Part shown: positions 12,878-25,967 of the stretch, piece after piece
Position numbering within the stretch: position 1 is the first letter of the stretch
Layout: each line of letters begins with the position of its first letter
Made by a program: the position numbers and the translations under genes
Notes under the pieces: model-generated
What the model saw: only the letters and a program-made list of their open reading frames with translations
The model's database searches: none
Told to the model about the DNA's origin: nothing
Assembly: GCA_030141605.1 (NCBI GenBank)
Contig: JAQGDQ010000005.1
Span: 1,922,180-1,986,179 of the forward strand
Direction of reading: 5' to 3'
Length of the DNA: 64,000 bases
Origin: Tubiluchus corallicola
Lineage: Eukaryota > Animalia > Priapulida

Positions 12878-13202
12878 CTTCGCCAATGGCATGTTTCGTC
12901 AGTTGTATTGTTATTCTTCAGCGAACGTTTCGCTAATAGCATATTCAGCCGGTGTAAACTTTGCCACCTGTACATTAAGCCAGTAAACACTTCGCCAGGT
13001 ACACGTTTTGCAAATGCACACTTTGTCAGAAATGAATTTGCTAGAATATTAAGAGTGCTTTATACATTGCCATTTTGCCAATGCTCATTTCATCCCATGT
13101 ACATTTCCTCGGTATAAATGTTACTATAAGGACAAGTTTTTATTTGGTGAATTGTGCACCAGTGAAATGCACACTGACGAGATGTTTAACTGACGAATGA
13201 TA
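12878..13202. mobile_element. Degenerate MITE-like element with ~15-bp ttcgcca-type subterminal repeats in opposite orientation at the two ends
   Basis: Left side cttcgccaatg, tttcgctaat, ctttgccacc, cttcgccagg; right side ggtgaattg, cagtgaaatg, ctgacgagatg, ctgacgaatg. Resembles the 22390-23762 element. Confidence 0.4.
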
Positions 13203-13215
13203 GAATAATGTATTG

Positions 13216-13505
13216 TGATGATGATGATTATGATAACGATAATGATGATTGATGATGAAGACGATGTAGATGTTAACGACGACGACAACGACGTCGATGA
13301 AAATGGTGGTGGTAGTGTGGTGGCACAGTGGCTACCTGACATCAATGATAATAATAATGTTGATTTGTCTGCGATGGTGTCATGTAGGAAGTTATAGTTT
13401 TACATGTTACTGAGAACAGCTTTGATAGTGATGATGATGATGATGATGATGATGATGGTCGTGGTGGTGGTGGTGGTGGTGGTGGTGGTGGTGGTGGTGG
13501 TGATC
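13216..13505. repeat. (GAT)n / (GAC)n / (GGT)n trinucleotide microsatellites
   Basis: Imperfect gat/gac run at 13216-13300, and (gat)n followed by (ggt)n at 13428-13505. Confidence 0.9.
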
Positions 13506-16500
13506 ATGGCGCTGGTGAAAAAATTCAGCTTTCGTACGTGGCACGTGCAGTATCAATGACTTGGTGACATAGGAGGTGATATTTATCAACTAATCTCTGC
13601 AATAAAAATTCTCTGTAAGATAATTATATTGAGGTCAGGGAATAGCCGACTAGTCAGAGCGTGTGCTTGTCGACCGAAGTTAAGGATGACGCTGAGGTGA
13701 TTACTGAATGGATGTAGGATTGCCGGATTCATTACTGGCTCTTAATGGATTCACATGGTATGCTGCTACCCCGACTGCATTTTTCGTACAGACAGGACGC
13801 ATTCACATCCGAACGCTGCTAAATAGTTTTGTTTTTTCATTATCATCTTAACAGACATGGTATGATTAAGGGCACAGCCTTGGCAATGAGCCAGATTCCT
13901 ATCTCGATTGGTGAATGCTCGATTTCGGCTTGCAGTGTGCCAATTTACATTACAAAAAAGCGTAATTTATGCTAAGTTTCAGAATCTATCAGGTCAGCAA
14001 AACACTGAAATAACATACTTAAATATTTTATCCACTTAAAATAAATAAAGTTTATATATGAAATAAGACAGATTTGACGAGAGAAACACAGTCACATAAT
14101 ATTTTGTTTGCGAGACAGGTAGGTTTTTGAAACTTCGAGCTATCAAAAAAGTGCTTATTCTAAGTTACACACAGATGTATGTGTGAACCTATTGGAACTT
14201 TGTTAGGCTCCCGGGGTTACATGTGTGGCCTGTTCTCCCGGGTTACATGTGTGGCCGGTTCGTAACAGTAACTAGTAAGTAAAAGTCCGCCTTCAGTTCA
14301 TATGTATAAACGGTTTTTAGGCATAATTATAATTTGGGTTTCGTGCGTTGTTTTATTACTAAATTACCCGGATTTGATTTTATAGCAGCACAGAAATAAC
14401 TTTTCCGCATCATCCTGCCTGCATCATGGCCACATTTTTTCGATTACATTCAGAACTACAGTTAGAGTCGTTTTTAATCTCTCCTGTACCGCAATAAACG
14501 ATAATTACAGTACAATGGCAGCTCTTATACACAGTTCTGATATTGCGTTCTGTAAAGCTCTTGCTTCAACTGGTCTGCTCAAATACGTGACTATTTTTTG
14601 CCGGCAACGCTGCTGTTTTTTGCTGCGTTTAAATAGAATGTTGCCTACGCAACCTGTTTTTTGTTCAATTTTGCGCAGTAAGAGAATAAACCAGAATTTT
14701 TATCGCCAATATTAACCAGTTGGCTATGAATCATTGCAGGCTTTTTTGCAGTGTTGTAACAGTTTGGCTGAGCTATGCGATGTTTTAAATACAGCACGCT
14801 GAGTTGGCAGATGCATGTTTAATGTGTTATAAGCAATATTGAACCGGATCAGAAATTAATAACAGGTAAAATTTTAAATTTGATAAAGCACGCTTTGCAT
14901 GTGTACAGTATTGATAACTTAAAGTTGGTAATGGCGCTGAACAATCAATGTTCATACGTTAATAATTATCCACTTGTGTTAATTAACTTATATTACGTGT
15001 TATATTGAACATTTATTTATCACCATCTTTATACAGCACCAATGTTGCTGCAGATTTTAATTTTATTTGTAAGTGTTGTTTTACATTCGATACAAAAGAG
15101 AAATTTTATCGGTATTTACTTGATTAAATTTAAACTATTTAAACAACATACACAACCTACATATTTTTTGCCGTTACTTTAGTTCATGATTCGTGAAATG
15201 GAGTTGAGATAAGTCCACCAATCCAAGATCTGTGAACTTGTTAAACAAATTTATTGTGTTTCCTACCATAATTATACACTAGCTAATCATAGCAAAGGTG
15301 TAGCTTTGAGCAGGCCTATATGTTTCAGTATTTTCGCTGTTGCTTGTATACATAATACTAAAATACAGGGCGAATAAAAACACGTGAATGTTACGCTTCG
15401 AACGAAGCAAAAAATTCAACATTTTATGTATTCAATACAGCTGCGTTTGGAGTCACATTGAAACGAGAATCCTGTACCGAGATCAATACTGCTTCCACGC
15501 GGATTTAGTTTTTTATGTCCCGATTTATTGTTAGCAATTGCAGCGTTTCGCAAGGGCGCTTATAAAAAGTTGAAGTCTGGCGAATTGTAACCGTGGATAT
15601 TTTTCACGTTCGGCGCTGTCCGTTGTATGGCGATGCGAATTCAGCACTATACTTATACTAATGGCCTATATTATTGGTTCAACCAAACATGTGAATTAAT
15701 TATGAGACATAGTTATTATGAAATCATGTAATGGTTAGGCTGAAACTAACTTTATGTGTACCTACCAGCATAGGTCCTACATGAAAAATGGAGGTGATTT
15801 TTCAAATTAGATGTTCAGACGCCTGCGTGATGCAGTTGAATAAGAGTGGAAGCTTATGGGCCGAATTGAACGATGTTAGAGTAGGTGAGTAGGTGAGCTG
15901 GTGTTTTTAAGTATCTCCTGACGCAGGCGTACGCTTTTAATGGCCGACGTACATTGACTCATTCTAACCTTGCAAATTCAATATTCGGAGTATAATTAAA
16001 TTTGCCTTTAAAAATGTTTCTACAAACCGCATTAAAGAAATTACCTTTAAATATAGCAGGATTTGATGTTTTTCGCAGCTCCAGGAAGCAAAGACAAAAT
16101 TATTCCTCGAGGCAAAAGATTTATACGTCAATTAATGTTAACTGCTCAGCTATAATAAATTATAAGAAAAGTCATGCAGAGGTCATTTATGACTATAATT
16201 TCGTTTTTCTCAATTTCGTATACGGCAAATTTTGAAATGTTATGTTTTTTCTTATGCTTGTAGTACATTATAATTTCAAGCGCTTGGCGCCTGTATTAAA
16301 ATGCAGAATGTTGATCGACTGACTATAAAGTTATATTTGGGCGCCGGATATGAACAGACGTAATTAAAATTAATGCAAAAAACAAGGTGATTGTAATGAC
16401 TACGTGTTTTACTTCAGAGTGGCTATTGCACTTCGCAGGATTAAAATAATTATTGTACGTTGTTTATTTCTACAAAAAACTGGAAACGTAATCCTTCCTG

Positions 16501-17760
16501 TATTTTACTCGCAGCGTTTATGAGTTTATTAATGACATGTTTTTGAATCTGAACGAGTTTTTATGTGTTTGTGACTGATCACCTCACTAAGTAAATATCA
16601 TAGCGTATAGCTTAATATATGAGAGTTTCTAGCAAAAACCGAATTGCTATTTTTGTGAAGTGTTATTCCAAATTACGAGTGCACACAAAGGAGCGTCCTG
16701 TGCTTTCCCTCTGTCGAATCAAAAAGGTCAAACACCTTTTTAAGACCTTTCGTTGTAAATTCCGTTCTGCACTAAAAAACTGCGCTTCACTGCCTTTAGT
16801 CTCTGCAGAGTTCCTCGTGCTAATTTAAGTATTCCACGTGCAAGTTTCCGTATAAACGGTTTTTTTACTTATTGGTGCTCTCACTGAGCACAGTTCTCGT
16901 CGAGCGTGAAAGGTAACCATTTCTTTCTGTACGACGCGACAATTGCAAAAAATAAGTTAATCTGTTGTTTTTGATTGATCATTTGAATCATATTTTATTA
17001 ATACAATAATTAATCACATTTGGTAATCAAAATCAAAAGTATAAGATGCGAATGATTCTGAAAAGATTGCAGTTTTTTCAAGTCACTTTAAACGCGCTTG
17101 GTTAACGGTCGTCACCAAAAAAATGTGTAAATTGGTTTTCGTCTCTTACTTTGCACATTTTGTGTAATATGTCCGCCCCAAATACGACCATGACCTTTGA
17201 CCTCCATCGCGATTTGCCATGGAAGGAATCGCTTATGGTGTTAGCCAGTATATGGTCACCAGTATTATTTTTTTCTAGATGCTTGCATATATGGTCATCT
17301 ATATTTTGACATTTCCAAAATGGCCACTAAGTTGTGATTGCCTCTTTGTTAACGATACGTATATTTCTCAATCAAGAATGAAAGCATGCACATTTATAGA
17401 GTGTGAAACGCTTCGAGATCAACCTAACCATATCTTTTCCAATATGGCTGTCAGCAAGTCATTTTCAAAATGGTTGCCACGCAGATATAGTCGATAAGTC
17501 CAAATTTCTGCTAAATTGCTTTTCCCTGACAAGAACATTTTTAAAAGTTGTTATGTCCTGGCAAATTGCCTCGCGTATTTTCATATAAACTTATGATGCA
17601 CCACATTGATCAACAAATATGGCCGCTCTAGCAAAAAGGCTTTTCCTTTCGAGGAAAAACAAATTAACAAAAATTTGGACTGATCGGCTGTATCTAGGTA
17701 GCAACTATTTTGGAAATGATTTGCTGGCATGTTGGATAGGTTGACCTTATAAGTGATTCA

Positions 17761-17945
17761 GGGCGGTAGACTCGTTTCCCAGAAAAGTTTTTTCCTAGAA
17801 ATTTTTTGCCAGAAGAATTTTTGCTAGATAAAAAAAGCAAATCACAGAAAACTTTTTGTCAAAAAAACTTACTTCCCAGAAAAGATTTTTCCCAAAATTA
17901 TTATTTCCTAGAATTTTTCCCCAGAACTGTCATTTCATAGAAAAT
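17761..17945 (+). repeat. Tandem ~15-bp tttcccagaa-type array, probably the terminus of a foldback/MULE-like DNA transposon
   Basis: gggcggtagactcgtttcccagaa followed by several degenerate tttc(c/t)(c/t)agaa units. No matching inverted end was located. Confidence 0.45.
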
Positions 17946-18689
17946 AGAGTTGATAGAAAATACAATAAATTCTTTATAAAGCGCAGTTAGATATTACGCA
18001 ATAAAACGTAGTTTTTCTAACAACGTGTATTGATTAATAGGTATCATACAATAAAAAATTTCAAGCTCGTTAAGGCAAGAAAGTATATTTGTAACGTAAG
18101 AACGATTAGGCAGCTAATCATATTGATCATGGCTGCCGAAGTTAAGCAATGTCGTGCCTGTTGTTTGACCGCATAGGAATCTCACTCTTGAGCTGTTTGT
18201 TTCACTGTGATTCCGAATAATTCCGTTCGTTTCTCGGTGTTTAGATGTACGCGCATGAAAATGTGTCTGTGACATCTCTGCCTGTTCACTATATCATTTC
18301 AAAGGATTATCTTGACAATGGCATAGAATCCCGTCCAGCCATATACGGCTCTATACAAAAAATGTCGAGAAGGAAAATAATTTATTGGGCAAATTTCTAC
18401 TCCAAGATACTCGCAAAGCCTTTGTGTTTTCCTTTTCTATATTACTTTATTCCAAGTCCCATGAAAATCAGATGAATGTTATAGGCAACAAATGATATAA
18501 TGCGAATTACTTTTAAAAATAATTTCATCTTAAAAACATCTCGAAATTGTAGTAAGAAAGTTGCAGAATAAATATTTTCCCAAAACAAAATGAAAAAAAC
18601 AAGCTTGACCCTTAAACATTGCATCATTTTAAATGTTTCTGATTTTTGATAGTCATTAGTTAAAGCGCTTGTAGATAATTCCAAAAAGC

Positions 18690-19692
18690 AGAAAAGGAGA
18701 GATGGGTAAGCTAGAAAGATAACGAGAAGGGAGTGAAAGGGGAGGGAGGGGGAGAGGGGAAGGAGTGAGTACAACAGGGAGAGAGAAAGCTAGCGGGAGG
18801 GAGAGAACGAGAGGGATGATTGTTAGAGAGAAAGGGAGAAGGGAGACAAAGAGAGGGAGACAGAGAGAGGAAAAGGAAAGGAGAATAAATAAATAAATAG
18901 GTGTATTATTTTACATTATGCTTACATAACGTAAATCCCTCTAATTGCAGGGTAATCTGACAAAAATTAAATCACAACAGTTTAAAACGTCGCAAACAAT
19001 GTCAAAAACGTATCACAACTGACGTGTGAGGAAAGGTTGGTAAATCGTGTATGGAGTTTTGCATAAAAAGTGTATTAGGAAAATCATTGATAAGATGGAA
19101 GGATATGTAAAAATTAGCTATAAACACGAGGGAGTATGTACAAGGAGGGATGGCAAGTTTCTGAATGACAGCTTTAAAACGAGTGTGCAAACAAGCTAAA
19201 TAATAAATTTATGTTGATTTATATTCCAAACAATGTGCACAATTATTTGGACTATACTGACTATACGCTCAAATATTATGCTCAAATATATACTCACTAT
19301 ACGTGAAAATATTACGATCTGCTACACAGATCATTAATAGACAATCATGTTTTTGATGATCAACTCATTTACAATTTCAACAATTATATTACAGACATTT
19401 TTGTCTCTGGAACGATAAATGTCCTTTAAATCCATACTTGGAATTGCAGCCTGTATGCGTGCCCGCAGATCATTTCGCACAACCGGCCAACTAAATGGGT
19501 TAGGTGTTTGATCGTCTGTAGCACACTCATATTGCTGGTATCCGACAGTCCGATAGTATAGAAAAATGCCTTGCAGCCTCTTCCCCACTAACAAGCTCAG
19601 CGAAGGAAGGAGAGATGGAGAGAGAGAGAAACAGAGAGAGAGAGGAGAGAGAGAACGACAGGGAGAGAAAGCTAGAGAGGGAGGGAGAGAAG
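18690..19692. repeat. Two GA-rich low-complexity tracts (about 18690-18890 and 19600-19692)
   Basis: gagagag/ggagggag runs; both tracts contain the shared string cagggagagaaagctag-like. Confidence 0.75.
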
Positions 19693-20027
19693 TTTCTTGA
19701 CTTTAGCATTTGTTTTCATTCATTTCGCACCTAAAGTTCTGAAGTGATACTAACAACGCTAATTTCAGATAATACGCGAGGCTTTATTCCAAACTCTGCT
19801 GACTCTGCTTCGTCCAATTTTTTACTTGTCCAGAATGTCACGAACTTCACAGCCTGAACTAAAATATTCTAACGCATTTAATTGGATGCAAATTTATTTT
19901 AGTTTAATTTAATCACCTCAAGGATGATGCAGTAATTAACAACATGGAGTTGATCGCAAAAGCAACAAAAATGGAATGACTCTATGGCAACTAACCAAAC
20001 ATAATGTTAGGTGCAAAATTTTTCTGA

Positions 20028-20470
20028 CTCTAATTTAGCATTGCTTTCGTGAATTTATTGAATTGATCTCGTTCTTTGTCTTGACTATGGCTCCAATTCG
20101 ACGAACTTCTAGTGTATTATTTCTGAATCTGAAAAATCGAGTGCCTCTCTGGTGCATTAGTTAAAATAGCTGCCTGGAAAGCAAACGACCTTGAATTCAA
20201 GTCCCAATGGAAGCGCAGACTTTTTAATTTAGTATTGTTTTTACGCATTTATTGAATTGATCTCGCACTATGTCTTGATGTGGAGTGGAATGATTCCTGG
20301 GTGATAGCCTTCTGATCGCTTGTAGAGTAAATTTCTGAGCCTGAAAGAAAAACTGAGTGCCTTGCTGGGTATAATAGTTAACATGAGTGTCGAAAAGCCG
20401 AAGATGATAGATTTACTTCCCAGTGGAAGTGTAGGCTTTCTAATTTAGCATTGTTTTCATGCATTTATTG
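20028..20470 (+). repeat. About 2.2 tandem copies of a ~200-bp unit containing a decayed tRNA-like (SINE-head-like) segment
   Basis: taatttag(c/t)attg(c/t)ttt...atttattg recurs at ~20030, ~20225 and ~20441. Each full unit has gagtgcct..ctgg..tagttaa (A-box-like) and ..tccca(a/g)tggaag; copy 1 has the B-box-like gaattcaagtccc. Confidence 0.6.
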
Positions 20471-20501
20471 TATTATTTATAATTATGTGTTTCATTTTTA
20501 G

Positions 20502-21915
20502 GCACCGAGAGTATTTTGACAGTTTTAAATTAATGGAGAATGCATCTGAGTACCACACTGCTATATTTTCCGGTATACTGCAAGACTCCTGGGAAAGAAT
20601 TATCGGTTCCAGCTCATTTACGAAAAAACGTGGCAGGCCAAGAATAAAAAGAAACTGCAAGCATGGATCCAAACAGACCGTTCCCAATTTCAACAAAGCT
20701 GGCACAGCTACATCTTTAACCTCTGTAGTACCACAGAATGAGAAGCAATTTAGGAAACCACCTGATGCTTCAACAGAAAACTGTTCAGTGCAAACAGAGA
20801 AAGAAGATGATAATGAACAACAAAATAGCAAAAAGAAAGACAAACATGATTTCTCTATAAAACCTTGTAATAAAGCCACTGATGCACAGTCAAGCACACT
20901 CACTGCTGAAGATACAATGGAAGCGCAAAAGAATGAGGAACCAGTTGATATTGGTCTTTTTTATGAGCAATTACTAAAATCCTCTGGTTGGATAGACGAT
21001 TCTCTGCCAAGGGAGGGATCTGCAGCAGTTCACTTTGACCTTGCTGACCCATCTCAAGTCCTTGTTGAAAATTTGGAAGACTCTCAAGCAGCTTCTGTGA
21101 TGGATAGCAACGATTCATTGGTGGCTCTTGACAGGACAAGTTCTGCATTCAATTCCAAGTTTGAGAGGGCAATGAAGAAGCGAAGACGTGTAGGTCGGCC
21201 AAGGCTAGATTGCAATAAAATATTCTATCCATCAGACTCTGAAGAAGATGCTCACATCAGTGAAGGTGCAGTATCTGAACCACATGCTTGTGTGGAGTCT
21301 TCAAATAACTTCACAGCCAGTTATAATATGTCTTTTACAGAAAACATACCGATACTTGGTGCTAATAGTCAGCCAAAGGATACAACCAAAAGTGTATGTG
21401 ATGCTGATGCTGAACATCCACAAAAGTACCGAAAACAGAGAAAGAAAAGCCATGTCCATTGTGATGATAATATCAATAGAAAAACCAAATCAAACAGTCA
21501 GTGGAAAATGGAAAATCTTAGGCTTACCAAAGAAAGACCAATAGACACATCAAAGAATAATCATTCCACAGCACACACAAGTTCAGAACTAATAAGAAAT
21601 GAAAATCTGGAAACTAGTAATCATTTTGATGTGGAAACGACCAAAGCTACATCCTCTCTTGTAAACAAAATTATGCCAAAAAGTTATTTGCAACAGCAGC
21701 AGGAATCTTATGCACAGCAACTGTACTATCTAGAAATTGCATCACAGTCTGGCATAGAGGCCATAAAAACTTTGTCAATGTCACGTGCACATTTCAGTAA
21801 TTTAATTTTGGATCAAGCAAAAAATAGTTTATCAGATGAACACAATGGAAAAGCACTAGACTTGAGCCTGCATAAAACCACAAGTGTAATTAGTTCTGAT
21901 CAAAGCGATCATTAA
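20502..21915 (+). CDS. Uncharacterised, mostly disordered nuclear-type protein with two AT-hook-like GRP cores and a C-terminal ALDLS (CtBP-binding-like) motif
   Basis: 1.4-kb open frame in an AT-rich background, beginning at acceptor ttcatttttag|G (20502). First in-frame ATG after the acceptor is at 20533 (460 aa). KKRGRPR at 20623-20643, KKRRRVGRPR at 21175-21204, ALDLS at 21853-21867. Upstream exons unresolved. Confidence 0.7.
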
Positions 21916-22389
21916 GAAAATTTGAAATGCTTACAGGAAACTCTGCCACCTATAATAGAAAGGTGTTTGTATACGTACATTATATTTTATCATATGCCAT
22001 CTTGGAAAGGCTAGCAGTCATGAGCAGTTCCCATGCTTCACTAGGAATGGGTCACCAGTGTAATTAAGATACCAATTATCAGTTTTTGTAATCTATGAAG
22101 ACTTTCCTCATTTTGGCTGTCAACGTGCCAATGGAAACGTCTAGTTAAGCTTGGAATCTGGTAAAGCATGACTGGTGACCACATACTTTTCTGCTTTGAC
22201 ATATTTCAGTATAAATTAAGAAATATATCTCAAGCATATTGCGGCTATAATTCTTAAAATTTGACCACTATTAGTGTTTACCATATTTACCAGAGAAACA
22301 GCTTGCTGACCTAGAAAACAAAAATATAATATCTACCAGGCAAGGTGCTACAGACTTCATAAAAATTGCCTTAATGCGCGTGATTAGCA

Positions 22390-23762
22390 TTACGTTACTT
22401 CGCCAGTGGTGCGTACACTAGTGGTACACTTCCGCAGTGGTATAGTTTGCCAGTGGTACAGTTCACCAATAGTACAGTTTGCTAGTGGTACATTTCGACT
22501 GTCATACAGTTCGCCAGTGGTATAGTTAGCTAGTACCTTACCAGTACATTTTGCCATTTTACCAGTGGTACATTTTGCCAGTGATATACTTTGTCGTTAA
22601 AATTTCTCTGCTATATATATTATTACCTGATTCGTTTACACATTGTTGCAGGTCACCAGTGATACATATTTTAGTCATTCTCCAAAACAACATTTGAATT
22701 TTCGTGTAAACATTCCCAAAATTCTATCCTTAGGCCTGCCAATAAAAACGTTATATTAACGTTTCTAAGTTACATGATAACATTTTATACTCATCTTCAA
22801 AAAATGTTAGTTACACTAAAAATGTTATTGTTATGTGAAAGTGGCAATTATATCCAGTTACAATTTGCAGTTGCAAGCAAGTGTGCCTTGACTGCTTGTC
22901 CTCGGTCTAACCCCCCGACAATGTGTCTTTTGAACATTTTTAAAGTGTCGAAGGAAGTTCTTTGACTGGTGGTCCTTTGTCCATGGTGGGTCTTTGACTA
23001 GTGATCCTTTACCTGATGGTCTTATGCCTGGTGGTCCTTTGACCACATGCCTGCCCTTTGAATATAGATGACACAAATCCTGTTTTTGTCATGTATTATT
23101 AGAATTTTATTTCAGTCCAGGTGATGGTAAAAGCAAACACAAGATATGATTCAAAACTAGTTATAAAAGTGAATTACACAACTTAATAAAATAATTAGGA
23201 CCAGAATGCCTGTAGTGTCAGTAGTGAAATGATATTTTACAAGAGCTTTAGTTCGCTAGTCAGCAGCAATAAGACCAGCCTGGTAACGGAGTGTCCAAAA
23301 GCCATTTGCGATTTATTCTCTACATTATGGACAACTGGAAATAATGAACATAATAATTTACATTTCTTACATTTCCTTACTTCAGATATCTGATAAACTA
23401 AGTAAAATAACTAATAAAAATTATTGATCGGTGGCAAACTGTGAAACGCTAATAATTATGAAGAAATTTTGTACAATTGGCGAAGTATGCAATGGTGTAT
23501 GAACTGCACGCTGGTGAATGCAAACATTTTGTTAAGAGAAAAAGTACAAACACAACAGAGAAATTTTAGCATCGAAATGTCCTATTGGCAACGTGTGCCA
23601 TGCTATTGATGGACTGACACGTTTTTTTAAAGGATAAGGTAATAACATAGCAGAGAAATTTTACTGGCAAAATATACCACTGACAAATTGTACCGCTGGC
23701 GAAATGTACCACTGGCAAACTACTATTGCCAAATTATACCACTGGTGAAATGAGTGGACATC
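22390..23762. mobile_element. Foldback/MITE-like element with long inverted arms built from ~16-bp ccagtggtaca(g/t)ttcg repeats; contains an internal ggtcctttgactggt-type array
   Basis: Left arm ~22390-22630 ends ...aaaatttctctgctat..ttattacct. Right arm ~23633-23762 begins aggtaataacatagcagagaaatttt followed by (tgtaccactggcgaaa)n, the reverse complement. A second 15-bp array lies at ~22955-23050. Confidence 0.7.
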
Positions 23763-25967
23763 ATTGCCTAATTGTAGCCTATATGTTTTTAGTTAATGCA
23801 TGTTCTTAAAAATAAGTGTTTACAAAATTGACTTGTAGAAAGTACCAAGGACATCAGCAGCCTGTATCTAGTGTTATATAATAGCTAATGCAAAGTAAGA
23901 CTATGCATAATTGTTGTGCGTTTTATTAGTCACTCTAGTTATCATCTTTCCCAAAAATCTATGCAAATGTGGGTTTAAACATTTAGAAAGTGAGTATCCA
24001 ACTTGAAACCTTCTTTTTTATCAATTGATAATGCCACATGCTTTACACCGTATACTAAATCATAGAAGTGTCTACAGTATTAGTGAATAAAACCTATTAC
24101 TGCAATGTACGAAATAGCATAGGCCTACTATTCATACCTAATGTATTAAATGTTAACATTTTGTGCACTTTATCCTTAATTCTTTTAAGTGTGTTATAAA
24201 TTGTAAGCCTTTAAGGTCCATCATATATTTGTGTACATGTAGCTCCTCTGGTGTATTAGTAATAAGCTATAATGAACATGAAAAATATGATTGTTTTTAC
24301 AACTGGTTTATTAAAACATTTTTATGAAAGGCATTCCTCGGGAGTATATTATGAGTATTATCAACACATTGATTGATGGTATGCTGTTTTAATACAAAAC
24401 AACCAATGACAATACCAATACCAAACTTAATGACAAATGTCTTAATCTCTACTGCATAAATGACTAGTATTACTACAAAGCTCCACTTTTTTGTAGGAGA
24501 TGCTACTATGTGAAATGTTTTATCTGTATAAGATGTTTCATTCGGCTTTGCCAACATATTAACTAAGACAGCCACGCAAGCTTTATATCACCAATTTTTG
24601 TTTTGCACCACGTCTTTTTTGCTAATAGAGGTCTTTCCCCCCTCATTTTCTGCTTTCAATTTGGAAGGTAATCACTTTACACTACCTCCCAAAAACTATA
24701 ATTATACTTAAAACATGTGTCGTAAGCCCTCACAAAATTTCTACGTCAATTAAATTGAAATTCTTTCAATATAAATAAAGTGATCTATTCAAAGTTGTTT
24801 TGATCACCAGGTCTCCGTGGGGTTTCTTTACGCATATTAAGCTTAGTCACTACATGATAAGTACATGACATTTTATAGAGATCATTAACGTCTCTTACAG
24901 ATGAAGGCAATCTGACATAAATGAAACAGAGAAAAAGTTATTTGTAAGCCTAAAGAGCATTATTTCCTATCATTTATAGAAGAAACGAGCAGTTTTTATA
25001 AGTCCATTATTAATTCGGCAGGAGCTAGCATACAAAATAGGTGGTAATTACGTTTACCCAATGTTATAACAATTTGTAAGTGAATAACTGGAAATAACAA
25101 TGCGACAAGATTACTATTTCGTCTTGATGAAGTATGTAACTCTTCGTACTACCGTATAAAACACTACAAGTGCCCAGAAGCACACCAATTTTTGTTAAAC
25201 AAATCAGGCTGTTGCAAGTTTACTTTACCTTGATACGAGTTTTTCAGCATTCACAATACCTAAACTTTATTTACCGCATGGAAAAGCTTTGCGGGAATTT
25301 TATAATTATCGTGGGGGTACAGGTTATAAATACGCCCGACTTTTGTGCGCGTATTGTTCTTCAAGCCGAATGCTGCACGGTGCTGCCATCTGGCAACGAA
25401 AAACAACTTACACTTCTTGTAAGTTACCATAAAAATCTTAAGCTACAAAGCATTTCCTAAAAAAGAACTCAAAAACAAATTTAAGATACTCTGAGCAAGA
25501 CCAATAATAATTTAGACCATTAACCAAATAATAATGCGTTGTAAAATTACAAGATTGCAGAAAGTTAAATTCAACATAGGCATCTCATCGAGGTACTATT
25601 GCATTTTAAAAGCATAAATAAACCCTATATATTCATGAGGTGGGCATACTAAATCTTAGATAACAAGCTGGAAGAGGATTAACACACGGTCCGTTTTGAG
25701 AATTCTACCAATTAAACAAAGTGAGAGTGGCTCACTGCTTGCTTCCTTAATGGTTTTATTTACTTATACCAGAGTGCACCGCAAAGCCATTCCTTACTAT
25801 ACGGAGACTAATTATTCTAAAGCACTCTAGTCCCTCTAAATAATAACACACACAGTATGCTAAAAGAAACAGCTTTCAATGAGAAAAAGTTTATTTGCAC
25901 AATGGTTATGGCTCACCCATTTCACCAAAATACTAGGTGATGGAAACAAATACTACATACCTAAAAC

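Noticed and set aside
13407-13589. Poly-His ORF (-), and nearby Asp/Ile-rich ORFs at 13124-13397 and 7499-7780
   Set aside because: Translations of (GAT)n, (GGT)n and GA-rich simple repeats.
22390-22600. Regular short repeats as a CRISPR-like array
   Set aside because: No unique spacers and no cas genes, in a eukaryotic context; the repeats are mirrored at 23633-23762 as transposon arms.
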